Positions 36,890 to 47,249 of a stretch of 51,119 nt of DNA are shown here, in pieces. The first letter of the stretch is position 1, and the number at the start of each line of letters is the position of its first letter. Below the pieces are notes generated by a model, which was not told the DNA's origin, did no database searches, and was given only the letters and a program-made list of their open reading frames with translations. The DNA comes from Paracoccaceae bacterium. GTDB lineage: Bacteria > Pseudomonadota > Alphaproteobacteria > Rhodobacterales > Rhodobacteraceae. A program made the translations under genes and the position numbers. Location: contig JBLIKI010000001.1 in the NCBI GenBank assembly GCA_047636235.1, positions 1-51,119 of the forward strand, given 5' to 3'.

Positions 36890-38038
36890 GCCCCGAACGC
36901 CTGCAGGGCGGCGACAAGTTCGGGATGCGTCGCGGCGTCCGCTGCCGCCGCATTCCCCGCCATCGCTGCATCGGCGGCTTGGCGCAGGGCGGCGACCCCG
37001 GCCTCGACCCCGCCCGGATGGCTGATGATCCCGCCCCGGCGCAGAACAGAAAGTCGCGGCCTTGCGCGGCGTCCGCGCTCGCCCGCATCCGCGCCGCGGT
37101 CTGGCCCACGGGGAACACCGGCGGCGCCGCGAACGCCGCCCCCCCGAACAGCGGCGCCGCCACCGCGCAGGCCGAGGCGATCACGTCCGCGCCGGGTTAC
37201 GATAACTGGGCGCCGATGCCGCTGACGTGCAGATGATCCGCCCCCGCCCGCCGCCAGAATTTCCGCCACGCCGGATAGCCGGCGACGATGTTCTAGGAGC
37301 GTGACCACAGCCCCAAGCCATTGCGATGGCGATCAAGCGGCGGCGAGACGTGATCGCGCAGCCCCGCCCGCCCGATACCGTGCATCGACACCATCAGGCA
37401 GGCGCCGCCCAAGGCCGCGACCAGACCGGCGCGGCGCTTCATCTCGTCCAACTCTCCGCTGCGATTGGCGGCATGCATCGCCTTGCGCCCGGCGGTTCGG
37501 GCGTGGCGGTCCCGCGCCTCCCGCACTGCGCGGATGCGATCATCGGACGGGCAATTCGGCCCGTCGGCCTGCAATTCATCGTCCTTGATGACATCGATCC
37601 CTTCGTGCGTGAGCGTTGCGCACAGCGCGGCGGTATCCTGCGCGGACAGGCCTGCGCTTGGCGTGACTGGCGCCGATCAGCGGGCGGCCCTGCACCCCCG
37701 CCAAGCTGCCGTCGCCAGTGACGCTGAAAGGATGGGCCGGGGCAGGCGTCTGCGAATTCGTCCGCGAGCGTCACGTCCAGCGGGCGCGGCGCGGTCACGT
37801 CCGCCCATTCGAACAGGGCGCCTGCCACGGTGGCTCGCGCGTTGATCGGCGAGGGGCCGATATTCTCCCTCGGCCCGGACAGGCGGCTGACGCCACGCTC
37901 CGCCTCGCCGCCTGGCTTGCGTTACGGCGAGGCGGGGTGGGTGCGGATTTCGTCCCCCCGCACGCTTTCCACGACGGCGGCGGCGCGGGCCAGCCCCGCG
38001 GGGCTGGCCCGCGCATAGACCGCTTTCACCCTGCGCAT
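36886..38038 (-). pseudogene. RuBisCO-like protein (form IV) pseudogene, OiaX/OiaT-like
   Basis: GIDVIKDDELQAD (KDDE at 37575-37586), HRNG, AGADHLHV, GGIISHPGGVEAGVAALRQA; internal stops and frameshifts; stop overlaps the kinase ATG. Confidence 0.85.
37983..38014. repeat. Perfect 32-bp palindrome inside the RLP pseudogene
   Basis: gcgcgggccagccccgcggggctggcccgcgc is its own reverse complement. Confidence 0.9.
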
Positions 38039-38146
38039 GCGATTTCGCGCCGCGCGGGCCGCGCTTGCCAGCCGCTTTGATCTGCCTTGTCCACTTGTCG
38101 TACGCAACGTGATGCCTCTGCGTCGATCGAGGCGCAAAGGAAGCGC

Positions 38147-38890
38147 ATACACGAAGATCGCGCTGATCGGAGCAGGCGGGAAAATGGGCGTGCGCCTCGG
38201 CGCCAACCTCAACGGCGCGCGCTATGACGTCGCGCATATTGAGCTATCGCCAGAGGGCCGCGCGTCCGCTCGCCGCGATGGGGGCGGCTGGCGTGGCGCC
38301 GGACGCCGCGCCGGCCGGGGCTGGGACGATGATCCTCGCCGTGCCCGATACTGCGATCCGCGCCGATCCTGCGGGGGTGGCGCCGCTGGTGTCGCCGAGG
38401 ACGGTGGTCGTGGCGCCAGACGCCGCGGCGCCGTTCGCGGGGCATGTCCCCAAGCGCGCGGACGGTCACCTATTTCGTGACCGATCCGGGCCATCCGCCG
38501 ATCTTCAGCCACTTATCGACTGCTTCGGCGCGCGACGACCCTTTCGGCGGCATCGCCGCGTGCAAAGTCATGGTCAGCGCGCCGATGCAGGGGCCCGAAG
38601 ACCGCTACGCCGTGGGCGAGGCGATCGCCGCCACCATCTTCGCCCCGATCCTGCGCACCCACCGCATGGGCGTGGAGCAGATGGCGCCGGGCTTGCCGGA
38701 GGCCCTCTGCGCCCCGCTGCCGGTGGCGGTGAAGCAGGCGATGGACGACGTCATCGCCAAGGGAATGCCCCGCAAGGCGGCGCGCGATGTTCGGCGCGGC
38801 CACAGAACGTCATCGGCGCGGTGGTGATGGCGCGGGCGTCGGGCGTGTTCTCGGACGCCTGCAGCAGCGCTTCGGCGTCGGGCGGCCTGC
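38147..38890 (+). pseudogene. apnO: D-apionate oxidoisomerase-like pseudogene
   Basis: KIALIGAGGKMGVRL, ILAVPDTAI, DAAAPFAGH, YFVT.PGHPPIF, MQGPEDRY, GVFSDAC in shifting frames; start codon lost after AAAGGA. Confidence 0.82.
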
Positions 38891-39099
38891 GGTGCGCTGG
38901 GCGATGCAGTCGCTCGGCGCCATGGGGGGCGTCACCATCGCGCAAGGCTGGCGGGCCAAGGCGGGGCCGCTATCGCCGGCCTCGGCGATCCAGCCCGTCG
39001 ACCCGGATGCGCGCTTGCTGGTGTCAAATTCGGCGGACAATCTGGTGCATCTCAAGCAAGCGCGCCGCTTGTGCCAATTGTCGATGGTGCGGATCGCGG

Positions 39100-39710
39100 C
39101 GGGGGTGGCGCGGCTGGCGGCGGCGCGCCTTGATGGCGGCGCCCGGCGTGGTGGCGCGAAAAATCGCCTCGCGCTCCGCCGGGCCGACGTAGAGCCGTTC
39201 TTCGGGCTGGCGGCGCGCCTCGGCCAGATCATGCCTATCGACCGCGCCACGCCGAATTCCTAGGACTTGAGGGTCTCGACGATCCGCTCATTCTTGGTGG
39301 CGCGGGTGATCGCCTCAGGAAATGCATGGTCGTGGTGGGGCACGATGGCCCCGCTTTTGCGCGCGGCCAATTCCGCGGCCATCGGTTCCATGATCATGCG
39401 CAGCTCAAGCCCGTCCCGCAAATCACCGACCCGTTCCATGCCCTCCATCTCGGGATCGGCGGGGATGCCGGACAGGGTGGCGAGCGACACGTCCTGCACG
39501 AAAGCGCCCGGCCCCGGTCACCGACGCGATCAGGCCTGCGTCGGCCAAGCGGTCCAGCGCCTCATGCAATACCGGGCGCGATGCGTTGAATTCAGTCGAC
39601 AACGCCACCTCGGACGGCAGGCGCGCGCCCAAGGGCGGCCGCCCGGTGACGATGGCGTGCAGCAGGGTGTCATGAATGCTGTCGGACGGCCGCTCAGACG
39701 TGGCGGTCAT
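39100..39710 (-). pseudogene. Second FadR/GntR regulator pseudogene (3' boundary approximate)
   Basis: GARLPSEVALSTEFNASRPVLHEALDRL HTH, frameshift, then LELRMIMEPMAAELAAR...DHAFPEAITRATKN, then stop. Confidence 0.75.
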
Positions 39711-39888
39711 TTGGCGTGGAAGCCGCATCTCGCCTACCTGTCGATGCCCGGTTGTCGCCCCTTGCGGGCGCGCCGCCGAGGGGGCGGGTCGGAACCGCGA
39801 CGGATAGGTGTGAAACGGATTGACTGAAATCTTGTGGTCGGGGATGCGCCCGCCCGGGCTAACCGGCGCGCAGCCGCCACAACGCACC

Positions 39889-40843
39889 ATGGCTTGCGGG
39901 CGGAGCATCATGTCCCGCCAAGCCTGCGCGACCACGCCTGCGCCGGGTCCTACCGCCCCTGCCGATCAGGCTGAGCAGGCGTCCAGCTTCGCGCACACCA
40001 TCTCGCTTGATCCGCATCACCATGACGCTGTGTCCGCGTTCAAAACCATGCCGCAACACTGTCTGGCGGCGAAGTCATGATCCGAGGGCAGGCCGCCGGC
40101 GCGCTGGGCCGCGAGCGCGACCTGATCGAGGGCCTCCAGATCGGCTCGGTGAAGCTGGTTCGCACCTGCGGCGGTCCGCTCGGCGCCTTCGTGCCGGACG
40201 TGCTGGCGCTCGACCTGCGGTTTCAGGTCGTGAGCGATGAGAACGCGCACAAGATCCGCGACGGCGAGATCGGCCGGTAGCTTCCGGGCAAGGTCAATGA
40301 GACCAGCCTGCACGCGCTGGTCCGGGCCGAGAACGGCTTGCGCCATGCCGCCAACTCCGCCGATGCCGTGACCTCGCCCGCCGACCCGGAAGCTGCGGAC
40401 CATGGAGAGCCAGATCCACCTGGCGGCCTTCATCGCCGCGGGCGCCGCCCCGATGTCGATGGCCTTGCGCGAAGTGTTCGCTGCCCGGTGACAGCACGTC
40501 CTCGACGGTTCGGAAAACCCGATCTCGGTGATCAAGGCGTCGGAAGTCTTCGAGGTTCAGAAATACCTGAGCCCAGGCGGGCCATGTCTGTTCGCCCGCG
40601 ATCATCCTCGCGTCCCCGTCCCCGTCGCCGTGGGACGGGCTGAGCCATGAGCGGAAGGGCCGGTTCGACGCCGCCGGCGTCGCCTGTCTGCAGGGCGAAG
40701 GCATGGACGCGATCACCAAGGTCGACACCGACGCGTTCCGGGCCGCGTTCCGTCCGGCTTGCGGAATCTGCACCAAGGCCCTCGTCAAAGAAGTGCTGGA
40801 TCGGATCATCGCCGGGCAGGCCAAGCGATCCCCGCGGTTTTGA
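39889..40843 (+). pseudogene. TRAP DctP (SiaP/YiaO-type) pseudogene
   Basis: LGRERDLIEGLQIGSV, AENGLRH, LRTMES, DGSENP and FEVQKYLS fragments interrupted by stops and frameshifts. Confidence 0.8.
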
Positions 40844-40983
40844 TCCGATCTCTGTTGATCTGACCTCGGTCGCGGCGGGTCGCGGTCGCCGCGTTTGCCG
40901 CTCCGGTTTGGTTTCGGCCGATGCGCCTCGGTCGATCCCGCCTGCCGATCCGCCGTCGCCGCCGCGGTGCAGAAAGCGATGTC

Positions 40984-41460
40984 ATGCACCTACGCCGTGT
41001 GTTCGAGCGGCGGCTGACCCAGCGCGCCACCGCGCCGGCCATGTTGTTGTTGGCGCTGGCGGCGGGGCTGGCCTTCCACCCGCTGCTCGCGCGGTTTGCG
41101 GTCGGATCCCCGACGATCCGGTCCAAGGTCGCGGCGTGATCGGCGATGATCTCAATGGTGTTCTGCGGGCTGTCGATGGCGTGTCGCCATGGCTCCATGA
41201 TCGTGGCGGACGTGGCGCAGGGCATCTCGCCGCCAACGCTCACGCGGGTGCTGCGGGGCGGCGCCGGTGTTCCTGTTGATCCTGATTTGGTGCGGCTAGG
41301 GCATGGCGGCTCGGGTCGCCAGCCAACGCATCGCGGGCCTCGCGATCTCCATCGCGGTGATCTATGCCGCCCTGCCGGTCGGCGCGGCGATGGCCACCCC
41401 TGCGGCGATCTTGCGGATGTTCGAGGCGCCCGCAAGCATATCGAGGACAGGGATCGAACG
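40984..41460 (+). pseudogene. TRAP DctQ pseudogene
   Basis: Hydrophobic fragments ..LARFAVGSP.., MVFCGLSMACRHGSMIVAD, IYAALPVG with stops and a frameshift. Confidence 0.65.
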
Positions 41461-42162
41461 TCGCGCTCGGACTGTCGCTGATCCTGGAGCTTCCTGCTCT
41501 GGCTTTCGTCGCGGTGTCGCTGGTGCTGGCGCGCGGGGGTGGCGCGACCTTTTTCCGGGCCGGCGCCGAAGTTGCTGGCGGCGCAGCGGATCTTCACCTC
41601 GATCGAAAGCTTTCCGCTGCCGGCGGGGCGGTTCATTCTGACGGGCGCCCTGATGGCGACGGGCGCGATCTTGGCCCGGCGGGTCGATCTGGCGTGCGCG
41701 ATGGTGGGCGGCATCCAGGGCGGGCGCGCCTGCGCCTTCAGGATCTTTGCGTCGGTGCGGCGTCGTCGGTCGCGACCGCCTTTGCGATCGGCGCGATCCT
41801 GATCCCGGCAATGGTGCGCCGCGGCGGCGATCCAAGCAGGCTGGGCCGAGCCGGGCGTGCTTATCCCGCCCTCGCCACTGATCCTTTGCAGCGTGTCGAC
41901 CGAAACCTCGGTGACATATCTGGACCTGGCGGGCGCCGGGCCGGTGCGGTCCGGGCTGATCATCGGGGTCAACCGTGCGCCTGGCGAGGTCGCACCGCCG
42001 GTGGGGGCGTCCTGTTCGCGGCCCGCGCGGTGGCCACGATCCCGATCCAAAGGATCATCCTGCCGAAGGTGGCCGATGGTGCTGGCGGTGGTCTGATGCG
42101 TGATGCTGGTGACCTATCTGCCGGCGATATCGCTGACTCCGGTGGATATGGCCTATCGCTGA
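41461..42162 (+). pseudogene. TRAP DctM pseudogene with large internal deletions
   Basis: ESFPLPA.RFILTGALM, SSVATAFAIGAILIPAMVRRG, LIPPS, LVTYLPAISL in different frames; only ~700 bp left. Confidence 0.75.
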
Positions 42163-42447
42163 TGGGGCGGTCGCGCCCCGCCCGACGACCGGCGCCGCGC
42201 CCCCTGAACAGGGCTAGGACAGGGCGCGGACAGGGCGTCGCGTTTCGCGTGGCGGGGGTCGCGGCGCGGGCCGGTCATGGTGCACCGCAGTTGACGCCGG
42301 GCCGCGGCGCGACATATTCAGACGGATTAGTGAGCCACGCCGCGCCTTGACTTCGGCGGAACGCAACAGACGGCCGCGCCGCGCCCCGCGCCCTGCCGCC
42401 CCGCCGCTTGCCACCCCGGCCGACCGCGCCCTTGTTGGAGAATTGCG

Positions 42448-43632
42448 ATGATCGCATTGACGCCCCGCGCCCCTTGGCTGGTCGCGCTCGGCCTGCTGGC
42501 GGCCCTGTCGGCCTGCGACGACGCCCCGGCGCCCACCGGCAAGGCCCAAGCCGCCCGCCCCCCGCAAGCGGTCGCGGTGATCGTGGCCTCGCCCAAGGCG
42601 ATCCCGCTGGTCAACGAACTGCCGGGCCGCATCGCCCCGACCCGCATCGCCGAGGTCCGTCCCCGCGTGTCCGGGATCATCACCGAGCGGGTGTTCACCC
42701 AAGGCGGCGTGGTGGCGATGGGCGACGTGCTCTATCGTCTCGACCCGGCGCAATTCATGTTGCAGGTCGACCGCGCCGAGGCATCCGTCGCCAAGGCCGA
42801 GGCGGCGCTGACCGCCGCCAAGCAGGCCGCCGACCGGCAGGACGAGCTGCGCCAGCGCAACGTGGTCAGCGTGCAGGCCTATGACGCCTCGATCACCGAT
42901 CTGGCGCAGGCGCAGGCGGGGGTGTCGCTGGCCAAGGCGGACCTTGCGTCGGCGGAGCTGGATCTGGCCCATGCCGAGGTCCGCGCCCCGATCCGGGGCC
43001 GTATCGGCCGCGCGCGCATCACCGAAGGCGCGTTGGTCAGCGTATCCAGCGCCGAAAGTCTGGCGACCATCCAGCAGCTTGATCCGATCTACGCCGACTT
43101 CACCCAATCGGCCAGCGATCTGATGGCGCTGCGCCGCGCCCATGACGCGGGCGCGCTGGCGCGGTCCGCGAGCGGCGACGCGGCGGTGCGGTTGGTGCTG
43201 GATGACGGCACGCTGTTCGACGGGATCGGGCGGCTGCTGTTCTCCGAGGCGACGGTCGACAGCTCCACCGGGCAGGTGACCTTGCGCGGCGAATTTCCCA
43301 ACCCCGACGGCCATTTGCTGCCGGGCATGTATGTCCGCGTGCGGATCGAGCAGGGCGTGCAGCAGGGCGCCCTTTCGGTGCCCGAACAGGCGGTGCAGCG
43401 CGATATGGGCGGGCAGGCGCAACTGTATATCGTCGATCCTGAGGGGCGCGCCCAATTGCGCCCGGTCACCGCGGGTCGGATCGTGAACGGCAGATGGGTG
43501 ATCACCGAGGGCCTGCGCCCCGGCGATCAGGTGATCGTCGAGGGGTTCCAGAAAATCCGCCCCGGCGCCCCGGTCAAGCCTGAACCGTGGGAGGGGGCCG
43601 AAAAAGCCGCCGCCCCCGGCTCGGCCTCCTGA
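42448..43632 (+). CDS. RND efflux periplasmic adaptor (AcrA/MexA family) lipoprotein
   Basis: LSAC lipobox; AEVRPRVSGII, APIRGRIG, QQLDPIY and LLPGMYV motifs. Confidence 0.96.
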   Translation: MIALTPRAPWLVALGLLAALSACDDAPAPTGKAQAARPPQAVAVIVASPKAIPLVNELPGRIAPTRIAEVRPRVSGIITERVFTQGGVVAMGDVLYRLDPAQFMLQVDRAEASVAKAEAALTAAKQAADRQDELRQRNVVSVQAYDASITDLAQAQAGVSLAKADLASAELDLAHAEVRAPIRGRIGRARITEGALVSVSSAESLATIQQLDPIYADFTQSASDLMALRRAHDAGALARSASGDAAVRLVLDDGTLFDGIGRLLFSEATVDSSTGQVTLRGEFPNPDGHLLPGMYVRVRIEQGVQQGALSVPEQAVQRDMGGQAQLYIVDPEGRAQLRPVTAGRIVNGRWVITEGLRPGDQVIVEGFQKIRPGAPVKPEPWEGAEKAAAPGSAS

Positions 43633-43645
43633 AGGGAGCGCGCCG

Positions 43646-46600
43646 ATGTCCCGCTTTTTCATCGACCGGCCGATTTTCGCCTGGGTGCTGTCGATCTTCA
43701 TCGTGATCGCGGGGCTGCTGGCGCTGCCGCAGCTGCCGGTCGCGCAATACCCCGCCGTGGCGCCGCCGCAGGTGGCGATCAGCACCGCCTATCCCGGCGC
43801 CTCGCCTGAGGATCTCTACCAAAGCGTCACCCGCCCGATCGAGGAGGAACTGAACGGCGTCGCGGGGCTTTTGTATTTTGAATCGACCTCCGACGCGTCG
43901 GGCGGCGTGTCGATCAACGCGACGTTCCAGCCCGGCACCTCGATCGACCAGGCGCAGGTCGACGTCCAGAACCGCATCCGCCGCGTGGAATCGCGCCTGC
44001 CTGAGGCGGTGACCCGCCAAGGCATCAACGTGGCCGAGGCGTCGTCGGGGTTTTTGCTGGTGGTGTCGCTGCTGTCGCGCGACGGCTCGGTGGCGCCGGT
44101 GGGGCTTGGCGATTATCTGTCGCGCAACGTGATCGGCGAATTGCGCCGCCTCGACGGGGTCGGTGGCGCGCGGCTGTTCGCGGCCCAGCGGGCGCTCAGG
44201 ATCTGGCTGGAGCCAGACCGCATGGTCGGCCTCGACCTGACCGCCGCCGATGTGATCGCCGCGGTGCGCGCCCAGAACGCCCAAGTCGCGGCGGGCAAGA
44301 TTGGGGCGGAGCCGACCCCCGGCGGCCAGTCCATCACCGCCACCATCCTCGTGCGCGGCCAGCTATCCACGGTGGCGGAGTTCGAGGGCATCGTGCTGCG
44401 CGCCAACTCCGACGGGTCGACGGTGCTGCTGCGCGATGTCGCGCGGGTGGAGATCGGGGCCGAAAGCTATGGCTCCTCGTCGCGGCTGAACGGATCGCCG
44501 TCCGCCGCCGTCGGGGTGCAGCTGTCGGCGACGGGCAACGCGATCAACGCCTCGGCGGCGGTGCGCGACAAGATGGAGGAGCTGTCCAAGTTCTTCCCCC
44601 CCGGCATCGACTATGAGATCCCCTATGACACCTCGCCCTTCGTGGTGCTGTCGATCAAAAAGGTGCTGTGGACCTTGGTTGAGGCGATGGGCCTTGTGTT
44701 CCTTGTCATGCTGCTGTTCCTGCAAAGCTTTCGCTATACGGTGATCCCGACGCTGGTGGTGCCGATCGCGCTTTTGGGCACCTGCGCGGTGATGCTGGCG
44801 ACCGGGTTTTCGATCAACGTGCTGACCATGTTCGCGATGGTGCTGGCGATCGGCATTCTGGTCGACGACGCCATCGTGGTGGTCGAGAACGTCGAGCGGA
44901 TCATGTCCGAAGAAGGGTTGCCGCCGCGTGAGGCGACCAAAAAGGCCATGGGCCAGATATCGGGCGCGATCATCGGCATCACGCTGGTGCTGACGGCGGT
45001 GTTCGTGCCGATGGCGTTCTTCCCGGGCGCGGTCGGGGTGATCTATCGCCAATTCGCGCTGACCATGGTGGCGTCGATTCTGCTTTCGGGCTTTCTGGCG
45101 CTGACGCTGACGCCGGCGCTGTGCGCGACGTTCCTGAAACCGGTGAAGGCGGGGCACAACCAGACCCGCCGCGGGCCGCTGGGCTGGTTCAACCGGCGGT
45201 TCGATGCGCTGACCCGCGGCTATGGCAAGATGGCGGCGATGACCGCGCGGCGCGCCGGGCTGATGATGGTGCTCTATCTCGCGCTGCTCGGCGGGCTGGG
45301 CTGGAGCTGGTCGCAGCTGCCGTCGGCGTTTCTGCCGAACGAAGATCAGGGGTTCCTGATCGTCGACATGCAGGCCCCGCCCGAGGCGAGCGCCGAGCGC
45401 ACCCTCGAGGTGATCAAGAAGGTCGAAGGCGTGCTGGCGAGCGAGCCTGCGGTTGACCGCGTCATCTCAATCCTCGGCTTCAGCTTTTCGGGGGTGGGGC
45501 AGAATGCGGGTCTGGCGTTCGTGACGCTGAAAGATTGGTCCGAGCGCGGGCCGGAGGATTCCGCCCAAGCCATCGCCGAGCGCGCCACCGGGCGGATGTG
45601 GGGGATCAAGGACGGCATGGCGTTCGCGCTGTCGCCGCCCGCGATCCGGGGGCTCGGCTCGACCTCAGGGTTCGATTTCCGGCTGCAGGACCGCAACGGG
45701 GCAGGGCAGGGCGCGCTGGAATCGGCCAAACAGCAGCTTCTGGCCGCAGCCGCCGAAAGCAAGGTCGTGACCGGCCTGCGCGTCACCGGCCTGCCTGCCG
45801 CGCCGCAGGTGCGGCTGGTGATCGACCGCGAAAAGGCCAATGCGTTCGGGGTCCGGTTCTCGGACATCAGCGCGGTGATCTCGGCCAATCTCGGGTCGGC
45901 CTATGTCAACGACTTCCCCAATGCCGGTCGGATGCAGCGGGTCACGCTGATGGCCGACGGGCGGGCGCGGATGGGGGCGGCGGATGTGCTCGACCTGAAC
46001 GTGCGCAACGTCAACGGCGGCATGGTGCCGATGTCCGCCTTCGCCGAGGCGAAATGGATCCGCGGGCCGCTGCAGATCGTCGGCTATAACGGCTATCCGT
46101 CGGTGCGGATATCGGGCAGCGCGGCGCCGGGATTTTCGTCGGGAGAGGCGATCACCGAGATGGAGCGGTTGATGGAGACGATGCCCCCCGGCTTCGGCTT
46201 CGAATGGACCGGGCAATCCTTGCAGGAAATCGCATCCGGGGATCAGGCGCCGTTCCTGATCGGGCTGAGCATCCTGTTCGTGTTCCTGCTGCTGGCGGCG
46301 CTTTATGAAAGCTGGGCGATCCCGATCTCGGTGATGCTGGTGGTGCCCTTGGGCGCGATCGGCGCCGTGCTGGGGGTGATCGAGCAAGGCATGGCCAACG
46401 ACGTCTACTTCAAGGTCGGGTTGATCACGATCATCGGCCTGTCGGCCAAGAACGCGATCCTGATCGTCGAATTCGCCAAGGATCTGGTGGCCGAGGGACA
46501 TTCGTTGATGGAGGCTACCTTGATGGCCGCCAAGATCCGGTTCCGCCCGATCATCATGACCTCGCTGGCGTTCACCTTGGGCGTCACGCCGTTGGCGGTG

Positions 46601-46858
46601 GCGACCGGGGCCAGCAGCGCCAGCCAGAACGCGATCGGGGTGGCGGTGCTTGGGGGGATGATCTCCGCCACGCTGCTGGCGGTGATATTCGTGCCGGCGT
46701 TCTTTGTGTTCGTGATGCGGTGGGTGGCGAGCGCCCCAACCCTTGCCCCAACCCCCGCCCCGGCCGCAGCCCCGGCCCGCCCCCCCGCGCCCGATGACGG
46801 GCCGGAGGCGCGGCCCAAGCCGTCGCCGCCGCCGAACCTGTTCACCGCCGGGTCTTAG
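43646..46858 (+). CDS. RND efflux permease (AcrB/HAE1 family)
   Basis: FFIDRPIFAWV, GILVDDAIVVVENVER, GLSAKNAILIVEFAK, RFRPIIMTS motifs; Pro/Ala-rich tail. Confidence 0.97.
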   Translation: MSRFFIDRPIFAWVLSIFIVIAGLLALPQLPVAQYPAVAPPQVAISTAYPGASPEDLYQSVTRPIEEELNGVAGLLYFESTSDASGGVSINATFQPGTSIDQAQVDVQNRIRRVESRLPEAVTRQGINVAEASSGFLLVVSLLSRDGSVAPVGLGDYLSRNVIGELRRLDGVGGARLFAAQRALRIWLEPDRMVGLDLTAADVIAAVRAQNAQVAAGKIGAEPTPGGQSITATILVRGQLSTVAEFEGIVLRANSDGSTVLLRDVARVEIGAESYGSSSRLNGSPSAAVGVQLSATGNAINASAAVRDKMEELSKFFPPGIDYEIPYDTSPFVVLSIKKVLWTLVEAMGLVFLVMLLFLQSFRYTVIPTLVVPIALLGTCAVMLATGFSINVLTMFAMVLAIGILVDDAIVVVENVERIMSEEGLPPREATKKAMGQISGAIIGITLVLTAVFVPMAFFPGAVGVIYRQFALTMVASILLSGFLALTLTPALCATFLKPVKAGHNQTRRGPLGWFNRRFDALTRGYGKMAAMTARRAGLMMVLYLALLGGLGWSWSQLPSAFLPNEDQGFLIVDMQAPPEASAERTLEVIKKVEGVLASEPAVDRVISILGFSFSGVGQNAGLAFVTLKDWSERGPEDSAQAIAERATGRMWGIKDGMAFALSPPAIRGLGSTSGFDFRLQDRNGAGQGALESAKQQLLAAAAESKVVTGLRVTGLPAAPQVRLVIDREKANAFGVRFSDISAVISANLGSAYVNDFPNAGRMQRVTLMADGRARMGAADVLDLNVRNVNGGMVPMSAFAEAKWIRGPLQIVGYNGYPSVRISGSAAPGFSSGEAITEMERLMETMPPGFGFEWTGQSLQEIASGDQAPFLIGLSILFVFLLLAALYESWAIPISVMLVVPLGAIGAVLGVIEQGMANDVYFKVGLITIIGLSAKNAILIVEFAKDLVAEGHSLMEATLMAAKIRFRPIIMTSLAFTLGVTPLAVATGASSASQNAIGVAVLGGMISATLLAVIFVPAFFVFVMRWVASAPTLAPTPAPAAAPARPPAPDDGPEARPKPSPPPNLFTAGS

Positions 46859-47249
46859 CGCCAAAGTAACCGCGGCGGCCGCCTTGGGGCGCGGCCGCCG
46901 CGCGCACCACTTCACCTTTTTCGGGTTGGCCGAAACCCCAGGGGTGCGGCCATGTCGCCGGGGCGCCCCAAGACGTCGGCGCGCGGGAAAACGCCGTCGT
47001 CGTCCGGTCGGGCGGCGCCCTCTATGCCGGAGCAGGTCGAATACGTCGCGTGTTCTGTGCGAAAGATCAGGTTATAATTTCGTCCTTGGGCGTCATTCGC
47101 CCGGCTGACGTTGCACCGCATCGTGGCGCGCGGAGTGCGGTCGGCCCTTGATCTTGGATGAGCGGCGCCCCTTGCCACCGGATCGCCGACCCGCTCGGCC
47201 AAATGTATTCATAGCGGCGACACCGCCGTCGACCGTCGGAGAGCCTGTG

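Noticed and set aside
36886-38038. True RuBisCO / carbon fixation
   Set aside because: Context (DUF1537 kinase, ApnO-like gene) and motifs indicate a form IV RLP; no cbbS or prk, and the gene is broken.
34978-42162. Frameshifts as sequencing error or programmed recoding
   Set aside because: Lesions include stops, missense changes in conserved motifs and large deletions, confined to this block while neighbours are intact; best explained by real decay (read check still advisable).
46912-47202. Small ORF or regulator remnant between the efflux pairs
   Set aside because: No recognisable HTH or family motif; cannot be supported.
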